NCBI GenBank assembly: GCA_964057225.1
Contig: OZ059896.1
Coordinates: forward strand, 22,382,001 to 22,446,000
Source of the DNA: Auanema rhodensis
Taxonomy: Eukaryota; Animalia; Nematoda
DNA length: 64,000 nt
Direction: 5' to 3'
Part shown: positions 1 through 11,700 of the stretch, one piece after another
Layout of the letters: the number at the start of each line of letters is the position of its first letter
Position numbering within the stretch: the first letter of the stretch is position 1
Made by a program: the position numbers and the translations under genes
Notes under the pieces: generated by a model
What the model was told of the DNA's origin: nothing
The model's database searches: none
What the model saw: only the letters and a program-made list of their open reading frames with translations

Positions 1-53
1 TTAATTTTTTCGTTGAATAACATTGTCCATCGTCTTTGCCTTGAATAAAGGAA

Positions 54-125
54 TTTAAAAACATCTACTTTTTGCTAAATTATTTCGAAATTTTTCGAAA
101 AAATTTTTGTCAAAATGTTTTTGGA
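54..125. other. Degenerate ~70-bp palindrome with A/T-tract micro-repeats (present in nearly every monomer)
   Basis: AAAAACAT (57-64) pairs with ATGTTTTT (115-122). Internal palindromes are ATTTCGAAAT (82-91, variant-dependent), TTTTTCGAAAAA (91-102) and AAAAATTTTT (99-108). The left arm TTTGCTAAATTATTT is imperfectly complementary to the right arm AAAAATTTTTGTCAAA. Confidence 0.75.
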
Positions 126-129
126 AGCA

Positions 130-157
130 ATGTTGAGTGTACATGGAAACTCAACAT
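130..157. other. Inverted repeat, 9-bp perfect stem with 10-nt loop (per monomer)
   Basis: ATGTTGAGT (130-138) and ACTCAACAT (149-157) are exact reverse complements. Confidence 0.95.
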
Positions 158-240
158 ACACTAATGCATCATTTTTCAAACGATCATAACTAATTTTTGT
201 ATTAAGCGTTTCTCAATGTAGTATAGTGCATTCAATGCGG

Positions 241-291
241 ATTTTTAAGCTGCGTCGATCTGCGTTATCAGATTTGCGCTAGCTTAAAAAT
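241..291. other. Long inverted repeat: 11-bp perfect outer stem plus inner GCG/CGC and ATCTG/CAGAT stems (per monomer)
   Basis: ATTTTTAAGCT (241-251) pairs with AGCTTAAAAAT (281-291). GCG (252-254) pairs with CGC (277-279), and ATCTG (258-262) with CAGAT (269-273). Confidence 0.95.
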
Positions 292-308
292 GCACCGAGA
301 TATCAACT

Positions 309-330
309 GATATAAGTTCACACTTATATC
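309..330. other. Inverted repeat, 9-bp perfect stem with 4-nt loop (per monomer)
   Basis: GATATAAGT (309-317), loop TCAC, ACTTATATC (322-330). An overlapping alternative dyad is ATATCA-AC-TGATAT (300-313). Confidence 0.95.
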
Positions 331-351
331 CTCGATTTTCACCCTGAAGAA

Positions 352-688
352 TCAATTTTTTCGTTGAATAACACTGTCCATCGTCTTTGCTTTGAAAAAT
401 GGAATCTAAAAACATTTACTTTTTGCTAAATTATTTTGAAATTTTTCGAAAAAATTTTTGGAAGCAATGTTGAGTGTACATGGAAACTCAACATACACTA
501 ATGCATCATTTTTCAAACGATCATAACTAATTTTTGTATTAAGCGTTTTTCAATGTAGTATAGTGCATTCGATGCGGATTTTTAAGCTGCGTCGATCTGT
601 GTTATCAGATTTGCGCTAGCTTAAAAATGCACCAAGATATCAACTGATATAAGTTCACACTTATATCCTCGATTTTCACCCTAAAGAA
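352..688 (+). repeat. 337-bp monomer variant (14-bp deletion); five copies starting at 352, 1391, 4536, 9436 and 11177
   Basis: AAAAAATTTTTGGAAGC replaces AAAAAATTTTTGTCAAAATGTTTTTGGAAGC. Spacing to the next monomer is 337 bp. Confidence 0.96.
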
Positions 689-3600
689 TTAATTTTTTCG
701 TTGAATAACATTGTCCATCGTCTTTGCCTTGAAAACTGGAATCTAAAAACATCTACTTTTTGCTAAATTATTTCGAAATTTTTCGAAAAAATTTTTGTCA
801 AAATGTTTTTGGAAGCAATGTTGAGTGTACATGGAAACTCAACATACACTAATGCATCATTTTTCAAACGATCATAACTAATTTTTGTATTAAGCGTTTT
901 TCAATGTAGTATAGTGCATTCGATGCGGATTTTTAAGCTGCGTCGATCTGTGTTATCAGATTTGCGCTAGCTTAAAAATGCACCAAGATATCAACTGATA
1001 TAAGTTCACACTTATATCCTCGATTTTCACCCTAAAGAATTAATTTTTTCGTTGAATAACATTGTCCATCGTCTTTGCCTTGAATAAAGGAATTTAAAAA
1101 CATCTACTTTTTGCTAAATTATTTCGAAATTTTTTGAAAAAATTTTTGTCAAAATGTTTTTGGAAGCAATGTTGAGTGTACATGGAAACTCAACATACAC
1201 TAATGCATCATTTTTCAAACGATCATAACTAATTTTTGTATTAAGCGTTTCTCAATGTAGTATAGTGCATTCAATGCGGATTTTTAAGCTGCGTCGATCT
1301 GCGTTATCAGATTTGCGCTAGCTTAAAAATGCACCGAGATATCAACTGATATAAGTTCACACTTATATCCTCGATTTTCACCCTGAAGAATCAATTTTTT
1401 CGTTGAATAACACTGTCCATCGTCTTTGCTTTGAAAAATGGAATCTAAAAACATTTACTTTTTGCTAAATTATTTTGAAATTTTTCGAAAAAATTTTTGG
1501 AAGCAATGTTGAGTGTACATGGAAACTCAACATACACTAATGCATCATTTTTCAAACGATCATAACTAATTTTTGTATTAAGCGTTTCTCAATGTAGTAT
1601 AGTGCATTCGATGCGGATTTTTAAGCTGCGTCGATCTGTGTTATCAGATTTGCGCTAGCTTAAAAATGCACCGAGATATCAACTGATATAAGTTCACACT
1701 TATATCCTCGATTTTCACCCTAAAGAATTAATTTTTTCGTTGAATAACATTGTCCATCGTCTTTGCCTTGAAAACTGGAATCTAAAAACATCTACTTTTT
1801 GCTAAATTATTTCGAAATTTTTCGAAAAAATTTTTGTCAAAATGTTTTTGGAAGCAATGTTGAGTGTACATGGAAACTCAACATACACTAATGCATCATT
1901 TTTCAAACGATCATAACTAATTTTTGTATTAAGCGTTTTTCAATGTAGTATAGTGCATTCGATGCGGATTTTTAAGCTGCGTCGATCTGTGTTATCAGAT
2001 TTGCGCTAGCTTAAAAATGCACCAAGATATCAACTGATATAAGTTCACACTTATATCCTCGATTTTCACCCTAAAGAATTAATTTTTTCGTTGAATAACA
2101 TTGTCCATCGTCTTTGCCTTGAATAAAGGAATTTAAAAACATCTACTTTTTGCTAAATTATTTCGAAATTTTTCGAAAAAATTTTTGTCAAAATGTTTTT
2201 GGAAGCAATGTTGAGTGTACATGGAAACTCAACATACACTAATGCATCATTTTTCAAACGATCATAACTAATTTTTGTATTAAGCGTTTCTCAATGTAGT
2301 ATAGTGCATTCAATGCGGATTTTTAAGCTGCGTCGATCTGCGTTATCAGATTTGCGCTAGCTTAAAAATGCACCGAGATATCAACTGATATAAGTTCACA
2401 CTTATATCCTCGATTTTCACCCTAAAGAATTAATTTTTTCGTTGAATAACATTGTCCATCGTCTTTGCCTTGAATAAAGGAATCTAAAAACATCTACTTT
2501 TTGCTAAATTATTTTGAAATTTTTCGAAAAAATTTTTGTCAAAATGTTTTTGGAAGCAATGTTGAGTGTACATGGAAACTCAACATACACTAATGCATCA
2601 TTTTTCAAACGATCATAACTAATTTTTGTATTAAGCGTTTTTCAATGTAGTATAGTGCATTCGATGCGGATTTTTAAGCTGCGTCGATCTGTGTTATCAG
2701 ATTTGCGCTAGCTTAAAAATGCACCAAGATATCAACTGATATAAGTTCACACTTATATCCTCGATTTTCACCCTAAAGAATTAATTTTTTCGTTGAATAA
2801 CATTGTCCATCGTCTTTGCCTTGAATAAAGGAATCTAAAAACATCTACTTTTTGCTAAATTATTTCGAAATTTTTCGAAAAAATTTTTGTCAAAATGTTT
2901 TTGGAAGCAATGTTGAGTGTACATGGAAACTCAACATACACTAATGCATCATTTTTCAAACGATCATAACTAATTTTTGTATTAAGCGTTTCTCAATGTA
3001 ATATAGTGCATTCAATGCGGATTTTTAAGCTGCGTCGATCTGTGTTATCAGATTTGCGCTAGCTTAAAAATGCACCGAGATATCAACTGATATAAGTTCA
3101 CACTTATATCCTCGATTTTCACCCTGAAGAATTAATTTTTTCGTTGAATAACACTGTCCATCGTCTTTGCCTTGAAAAATGGAATCTAAAAACATCTACT
3201 TTTTGCTAAATTATTTTGAAATTTTTCGAAAAAATTTTTGTCAAAATGTTTTTGGAAGCAATGTTGAGTGTACATGGAAACTCAACATACACTAATGCAT
3301 CATTTTTCAAACGATCATAACTAATTTTTGTATTAAGCGTTTTTCAATGTAGTATAGTGCATTCGATGCGGATTTTTAAGCTGCGTCGATCTGTGTTATC
3401 AGATTTGCGCTAGCTTAAAAATGCACCAAGATATCAACTGATATAAGTTCACACTTATATCCTCGATTTTCACCCTAAAGAATTAATTTTTTCGTTGAAT
3501 AACATTGTCCATCGTCTTTGCCTTGAAAACTGGAATCTAAAAACATCTACTTTTTGCTAAATTATTTCGAAATTTTTCGAAAAAATTTTTGTCAAAATGT

Positions 3601-6600
3601 TTTTGGAAGCAATGTTGAGTGTACATGGAAACTCAACATACACTAATGCATCATTTTTCAAACGATCATAACTAATTTTTGTATCAAGCGTTTTTCAATG
3701 TAGTATAGTGCATTCGATGCGGATTTTTAAGCTGCGTCGATCTGTGTTATCAGATTTGCGCTAGCTTAAAAATGCACCAAGATATCAACTGATATAAGTT
3801 CACACTTATATCCTCGATTTTCACCCTAAAGAATTAATTTTTTCGTTGAATAACATTGTCCATCGTCTTTGCCTTGAAAACTGGAATCTAAAAACATCTA
3901 CTTTTTGCTAAATTATTTCGAAATTTTTCGAAAAAATTTTTGTCAAAATGTTTTTGGAAGCAATGTTGAGTGTACATGGAAACTCAACATACACTAATGC
4001 ATCATTTTTCAAACGATCATAACTAATTTTTGTATTAAGCGTTTTTCAATGTAGTATAGTGCATTCGATGCGGATTTTTAAGCTGCGTCGATCTGTGTTA
4101 TCAGATTTGCGCTAGCTTAAAAATGCACCAAGATATCAACTGATATAAGTTCACACTTATATCCTCGATTTTCACCCTAAAGAATTAATTTTTTCGTTGA
4201 ATAACATTGTCCATCGTCTTTGCCTTGAATAAAGGAATTTAAAAACATCTACTTTTTGCTAAATTATTTCGAAATTTTTCGAAAAAATTTTTGTCAAAAT
4301 GTTTTTGGAAGCAATGTTGAGTGTACATGGAAACTCAACATACACTAATGCATCATTTTTCAAACGATCATAACTAATTTTTGTATTAAGCGTTTCTCAA
4401 TGTAGTATAGTGCATTCAATGCGGATTTTTAAGCTGCGTCGATCTGCGTTATCAGATTTGCGCTAGCTTAAAAATGCACCGAGATATCAACTGATATAAG
4501 TTCACACTTATATCCTCGATTTTCACCCTGAAGAATCAATTTTTTCGTTGAATAACACTGTCCATCGTCTTTGCTTTGAAAAATGGAATCTAAAAACATT
4601 TACTTTTTGCTAAATTATTTTGAAATTTTTCGAAAAAATTTTTGGAAGCAATGTTGAGTGTACATGGAAACTCAACATACACTAATGCATCATTTTTCAA
4701 ACGATCATAACTAATTTTTGTATTAAGCGTTTCTCAATGTAGTATAGTGCATTCGATGCGGATTTTTAAGCTGCGTCGATCTGTGTTATCAGATTTGCGC
4801 TAGCTTAAAAATGCACCGAGATATCAACTGATATAAGTTCACACTTATATCCTCGATTTTCACCCTGAAGAAATAATTTTTCCGTTGAATAACATTGTCC
4901 ATCGTCTTTGCCTTGAAAAATGGAATCTAAAAACATCTACTTTTTGCTAAATTATTTTGAAATTTTTCGAAAAAATTTTTGTCAAAATGTTTTTGGAAGC
5001 AATGTTGAGTGTACATGGAAACTCAACATACACTAATGCATCATTTTTCAAACGATCATAACTAATTTTTGTATTAAGCGTTTCTCAATGTAGTATAGTG
5101 CATTCGATGCGGATTTTTAAGCTGCGTCGATCTCTGTTATCAGATTTGCGCTAGCTTAAAAATGCACCGAGATATCAACTGATATAAGTTCACACTTATA
5201 TCCTCGATTTTCACCCTGAAGGAATAATTTTTTCGTTGAATAACATTGTCCATCGTCTTTGCCTTGAAAAAAGGAATTTAAAAACATCTACTTTTTGCTA
5301 AATTATTTTGAAATTTTTCGAAAAAATTTTTGTCAAAATGTTTTTGGAAGCAATGTTGAGTGTACATGGAAACTCAACATACACTAATGCATCATTTTTC
5401 AAACGATCATAACTAATTTTTGTATTAAGCGTTTCTCAATGTAGTATAGTGCATTCGATGCGGATTTTTAAGCTGCGTCGATCTGTGTTATCAGATTTGC
5501 GCTAGCTTAAAAATGCACCAAGATATCAACTGATATAAGTTCACACTTATATCCTCGATTTTCACCCTAAAGAATTAATTTTTTCGTTGAATAACATTGT
5601 CCATCGTCTTTGCCTTGAATAAAGGAATCTAAAAACATCTACTTTTTGCTAAATTATTTCGAAATTTTTCGAAAAAATTTTTGTCAAAATGTGTTTGGAA
5701 GCAATGTTGAGTGTACATGGAAACTCAACATACACTAATGCATCATTTTTCAAACGATCATAACTAATTTTTGTATTAAGCGTTTCTCAATGTAGTATAG
5801 TGCATTCAATGCGGATTTTTAAGCTGCGTCGATCTGTGTTATCAGATTTGCGCTAGCTTAAAAATGCACCGAGATATCAACTGATATAAGTTCACACTTA
5901 TATCCTCGATTTTCACCCTGAAGAATTAATTTTTTCGTTGAATGACACTGTCCATCGTCTTTGCCTTGAAAAATGGAATCTAAAAACATCTACTTTTTGC
6001 TAAATTATTTTGAAATTTTTCGAAAAAATTTTTGTCAAAATGTTTTTGGAAGCAATGTTGAGTGTATATGGAAACTCAACATACACTAATGCATCATTTT
6101 TCAAACGATCATAACTAATTTTTGTATTAAGCGTTTTTCAATGTAGTATAGTGCATTCGATGCGGATTTTTAAGCTGCGTCGATCTGTGTTATCAGATTT
6201 GCGCTAGCTTAAAAATGCACCAAGATATCAACTGATATAAGTTCACACTTATATCCTCGATTTTCACCCTAAAGAATTAATTTTTTCGTTGAATAACATT
6301 GTCCATCGTCTTTGCCTTGAATAAAGGAATTTAAAAACATCTACTTTTTGCTAAATTATTTCGAAATTTTTCGAAAAAATTTTTGTCAAAATGTTTTTGG
6401 AAGCAATGTTGAGTGTACATGGAAACTCAACATACACTAATGCATCATTTTTCAAACGATCATAACTAATTTTTGTATTAAGCGTTTCTCAATGTAGTAT
6501 AGTGCATTCGATGCGGATTTTTAAGCTGCGTCGATCTGTGTTATCAGATTTGCGCTAGCTTAAAAATGCACCGAGATATCAACTGATATAAGTTCACACT

Positions 6601-8199
6601 TATATCCTCGATTTTCACCCTGAAGAAATAATTTTTCCGTTGAATAACATTGTCCATCGTCTTTGCCTTGAAAAATGGAATTTAAAAACATCTACTTTTT
6701 GCTAAATTATTTTGAAATTTTTCGAAAAAATTTTTGTCAAAATGTTTTTGGAAGCAATGTTGAGTGTACATGGAAACTCAACATACACTAATGCATCATT
6801 TTTCAAACGATCATAACTAATTTTTGTATTAAGCGTTTTTCAATGTAGTATAGTGCATTCGATGCGGATTTTTAAGCTGCGTCGATCTGTGTTATCAGAT
6901 TTGCGCTAGCTTAAAAATGCACCAAGATATCAACTGATATAAGTTCACACTTATATCCTCGATTTTCACCCTAAAGAATTAATTTTTTCGTTGAATAACA
7001 TTGTCCATCGTCTTTGCCTTGAATAAAGGAATTTAAAAACATCTACTTTTTGCTAAATTATTTCGAAATTTTTCGAAAAAATTTTTGTCAAAATGTTTTT
7101 GGAAGCAATGTTGAGTGTACATGGAAACTCAACATACACTAATGCATCATTTTTCAAACGATCATAACTAATTTTTGTATTAAGCGTTTCTCAATGTAGT
7201 ATAGTGCATTCGATGCGGATTTTTAAGCTGCGTCGATCTGTGTTATCAGATTTGCGCTAGCTTAAAAATGCACCAAGATATCAACTGATATAAGTTCACA
7301 CTTATATCCTCGATTTTCACCCTAAAGAATTAATTTTTTCGTTGAATAACATTGTCCATCGTCTTTGCCTTGAATAAAGGAATCTAAAAACATCTACTTT
7401 TTGCTAAATTATTTCGAAATTTTTCGAAAAAATTTTTGTCAAAATGTTTTTGGAAGCAATGTTGAGTGTACATGGAAACTCAACATACACTAATGCATCA
7501 TTTTTCAAACGATCATAACTAATTTTTGTATTAAGCGTTTCTCAATGTAGTATAGTGCATTCGATGCGGATTTTTAAGCTGCGTCGATCTGTGTTATCAG
7601 ATTTGCGCTAGCTTAAAAATGCACCAAGATATCAACTGATATAAGTTCACACTTATATCCTCGATTTTCACCCTAAAGAATTAATTTTTTCGTTGAATAA
7701 CATTGTCCATCGTCTTTGCCTTGAATAAAGGAATCTAAAAACATCTACTTTTTGCTAAATTATTTTGAAATTTTTCGAAAAAATTTTTGTCAAAATGTTT
7801 TTGGAAGCAATGTTGAGTGTACATGGAAACTCAACATACACTAATGCATCATTTTTCAAACGATCATAACTAATTTTTGTATTAAGCGTTTTTCAATGTA
7901 GTATAGTGCATTCGATGCGGATTTTTAAGCTGCGTCGATCTGTGTTATCAGATTTGCGCTAGCTTAAAAATGCACCAAGATATCAACTGATATAAGTTCA
8001 CACTTATATCCTCGATTTTCACCCTAAAGAATTAATTTTTTCGTTGAATAACATTGTCCATCGTCTTTGCCTTGAATAAAGGAATCTAAAAACATCTACT
8101 TTTTGCTAAATTATTTCGAAATTTTTCGAAAAAATTTTTGTCAAAATGTTTTTGGAAGCAATGTTGAGTGTACATGGAAACTCAACATACACTAATGCA

Positions 8200-11100
8200 T
8201 CATTTTTCAAACGATCATAACTAATTTTTGTATTAAGCGTTTCTCAATGTAATATAGTGCATTCAATGCGGATTTTTAAGCTGCGTCGATCTGTGTTATC
8301 AGATTTGCGCTAGCTTAAAAATGCACCGAGATATCAACTGATATAAGTTCACACTTATATCCTCGATTTTCACCCTGAAGAATTAATTTTTTCGTTGAAT
8401 AACACTGTCCATCGTCTTTGCCTTGAAAAATGGAATCTAAAAACATCTACTTTTTGCTAAATTATTTTGAAATTTTTCGAAAAAATTTTTGTCAAAATGT
8501 TTTTGGAAGCAATGTTGAGTGTACATGGAAACTCAACATACACTAATGCATCATTTTTCAAACGATCATAACTAATTTTTGTATTAAGCGTTTTTCAATG
8601 TAGTATAGTGCATTCGATGCGGATTTTTAAGCTGCGTCGATCTGTGTTATCAGATTTGCGCTAGCTTAAAAATGCACCAAGATATCAACTGATATAAGTT
8701 CACACTTATATCCTCGATTTTCACCCTAAAGAATTAATTTTTTCGTTGAATAACATTGTCCATCGTCTTTGCCTTGAAAACTGGAATCTAAAAACATCTA
8801 CTTTTTGCTAAATTATTTCGAAATTTTTCGAAAAAATTTTTGTCAAAATGTTTTTGGAAGCAATGTTGAGTGTACATGGAAACTCAACATACACTAATGC
8901 ATCATTTTTCAAACGATCATAACTAATTTTTGTATTAAGCGTTTTTCAATGTAGTATAGTGCATTCGATGCGGATTTTTAAGCTGCGTCGATCTGTGTTA
9001 TCAGATTTGCGCTAGCTTAAAAATGCACCAAGATATCAACTGATATAAGTTCACACTTATATCCTCGATTTTCACCCTAAAGAATTAATTTTTTCGTTGA
9101 ATAACATTGTCCATCGTCTTTGCCTTGAATAAAGGAATTTAAAAACATCTACTTTTTGCTAAATTATTTCGAAATTTTTCGAAAAAATTTTTGTCAAAAT
9201 GTTTTTGGAAGCAATGTTGAGTGTACATGGAAACTCAACATACACTAATGCATCATTTTTCAAACGATCATAACTAATTTTTGTATTAAGCGTTTCTCAA
9301 TGTAGTATAGTGCATTCAATGCGGATTTTTAAGCTGCGTCGATCTGCGTTATCAGATTTGCGCTAGCTTAAAAATGCACCGAGATATCAACTGATATAAG
9401 TTCACACTTATATCCTCGATTTTCACCCTGAAGAATTAATTTTTTCGTTGAATAACACTGTCCATCGTCTTTGCTTTGAAAAATGGAATCTAAAAACATC
9501 TACTTTTTGCTAAATTATTTTGAAATTTTTCGAAAAAATTTTTGGAAGCAATGTTGAGTGTACATGGAAACTCAACATACACTAATGCATCATTTTTCAA
9601 ACGATCATAACTAATTTTTGTATTAAGCGTTTCTCAATGTAGTATAGTGCATTCGATGCGGATTTTTAAGCTGCGTCGATCTGTGTTATCAGATTTGCGC
9701 TAGCTTAAAAATGCACCGAGATATCAACTGATATAAGTTCACACTTATATCCTCGATTTTCACCCTGAAGAAATAATTTTTCCGTTGAATAACATTGTCC
9801 ATCGTCTTTGCCTTGAAAAATGGAATCTAAAAACATCTACTTTTTGCTAAATTATTTTGAAATTTTTCGAAAAAATTTTTGTCAAAATGTTTTTGGAAGC
9901 AATGTTGAGTGTACATGGAAACTCAACATACACTAATGCATCATTTTTCAAACGATCATAACTAATTTTTGTATTAAGCGTTTCTCAATGTAATATAGTG
10001 CATTCAATGCGGATTTTTAAGCTGCGTCGATCTGTGTTATCAGATTTGCGCTAGCTTAAAAATGCACCGAGATATCAACTGATATAAGTTCACACTTATA
10101 TCCTCGATTTTCACCCTGAAGAATTAATTTTTTCGTTGAATAACACTGTCCATCGTCTTTGCCTTGAAAAATGGAATCTAAAAACATCTACTTTTTGCTA
10201 AATTATTTTGAAATTTTTCGAAAAAATTTTTGTCAAAATGTTTTTGGAAGCAATGTTGAGTGTACATGGAAACTCAACATACACTAATGCATCATTTTTC
10301 AAACGATCATAACTAATTTTTGTATTAAGCGTTTTTCAATGTAGTATAGTGCATTCGATGCGGATTTTTAAGCTGCGTCGATCTGTGTTATCAGATTTGC
10401 GCTAGCTTAAAAATGCACCAAGATATCAACTGATATAAGTTCACACTTATATCCTCGATTTTCACCCTAAAGAATTAATTTTTTCGTTGAATAACATTGT
10501 CCATCGTCTTTGCCTTGAAAACTGGAATCTAAAAACATCTACTTTTTGCTAAATTATTTCGAAATTTTTCGAAAAAATTTTTGTCAAAATGTTTTTGGAA
10601 GCAATGTTGAGTGTACATGGAAACTCAACATACACTAATGCATCATTTTTCAAACGATCATAACTAATTTTTGTATTAAGCGTTTTTCAATGTAGTATAG
10701 TGCATTCGATGCGGATTTTTAAGCTGCGTCGATCTGTGTTATCAGATTTGCGCTAGCTTAAAAATGCACCAAGATATCAACTGATATAAGTTCACACTTA
10801 TATCCTCGATTTTCACCCTAAAGAATTAATTTTTTCGTTGAATAACATTGTCCATCGTCTTTGCCTTGAATAAAGGAATTTAAAAACATCTACTTTTTGC
10901 TAAATTATTTCGAAATTTTTCGAAAAAATTTTTGTCAAAATGTTTTTGGAAGCAATGTTGAGTGTACATGGAAACTCAACATACACTAATGCATCATTTT
11001 TCAAACGATCATAACTAATTTTTGTATTAAGCGTTTCTCAATGTAGTATAGTGCATTCAATGCGGATTTTTAAGCTGCGTCGATCTGCGTTATCAGATTT

Positions 11101-11700
11101 GCGCTAGCTTAAAAATGCACCGAGATATCAACTGATATAAGTTCACACTTATATCCTCGATTTTCACCCTGAAGAATTAATTTTTTCGTTGAATAACACT
11201 GTCCATCGTCTTTGCTTTGAAAAATGGAATCTAAAAACATCTACTTTTTGCTAAATTATTTTGAAATTTTTCGAAAAAATTTTTGGAAGCAATGTTGAGT
11301 GTACATGGAAACTCAACATACACTAATGCATCATTTTTCAAACGATCATAACTAATTTTTGTATTAAGCGTTTCTCAATGTAGTATAGTGCATTCGATGC
11401 GGATTTTTAAGCTGCGTCGATCTGTGTTATCAGATTTGCGCTAGCTTAAAAATGCACCGAGATATCAACTGATATAAGTTCACACTTATATCCTCGATTT
11501 TCACCCTGAAGAAATAATTTTTCCGTTGAATAACATTGTCCATCGTCTTCGCCTTGAAAAATGGAATCTAAAAACATCTACTTTTTGCTAAATTATTTTG
11601 AAATTTTTCGAAAAAATTTTTGTCAAAATGTTTTTGGAAGCAATGTTGAGTGTACATGGAAACTCAACATACACTAATGCATCATTTTTCAAACGATCAT
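8200..11700 (+). repeat. Local 5-mer duplication (1741 bp = 4x351+337)
   Basis: TGTAATATAG at 8251 and 9992, and deletion junctions at ~9544 and ~11285, are both 1741 bp apart. Boundaries are approximate. Confidence 0.88.

Larger units (their letters stand above)
1..351 (+). repeat. Reference monomer (arbitrary phase), 351 bp, ~31% GC, rich in A/T tracts
   Basis: Read directly; the next copy begins at 352. Manual count gives 110 G+C in 351 bp. Confidence 0.97.
1..2429 (+). repeat. Local 3-mer higher-order repeat (1039 bp = 351+337+351), ~2.3 copies
   Basis: Deletion junctions at ~460 and ~1499, plus the GAAAACTGG and CTGCGTT variants, recur at 1039-bp spacing. Confidence 0.85.

Noticed and set aside
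1-351. Tandemised MITE or Helitron end as the monomer origin
   Set aside because: The hairpins are suggestive, but no terminal inverted repeats bounding a unit, target-site duplications or array ends are visible in this window. It cannot be supported without a Dfam/Repbase search.
1-351. Assignment to a named satellite family or species
   Set aside because: Length and composition resemble insect ~350-bp satellites, but I do not recognise the sequence itself. A BLASTN search is needed.
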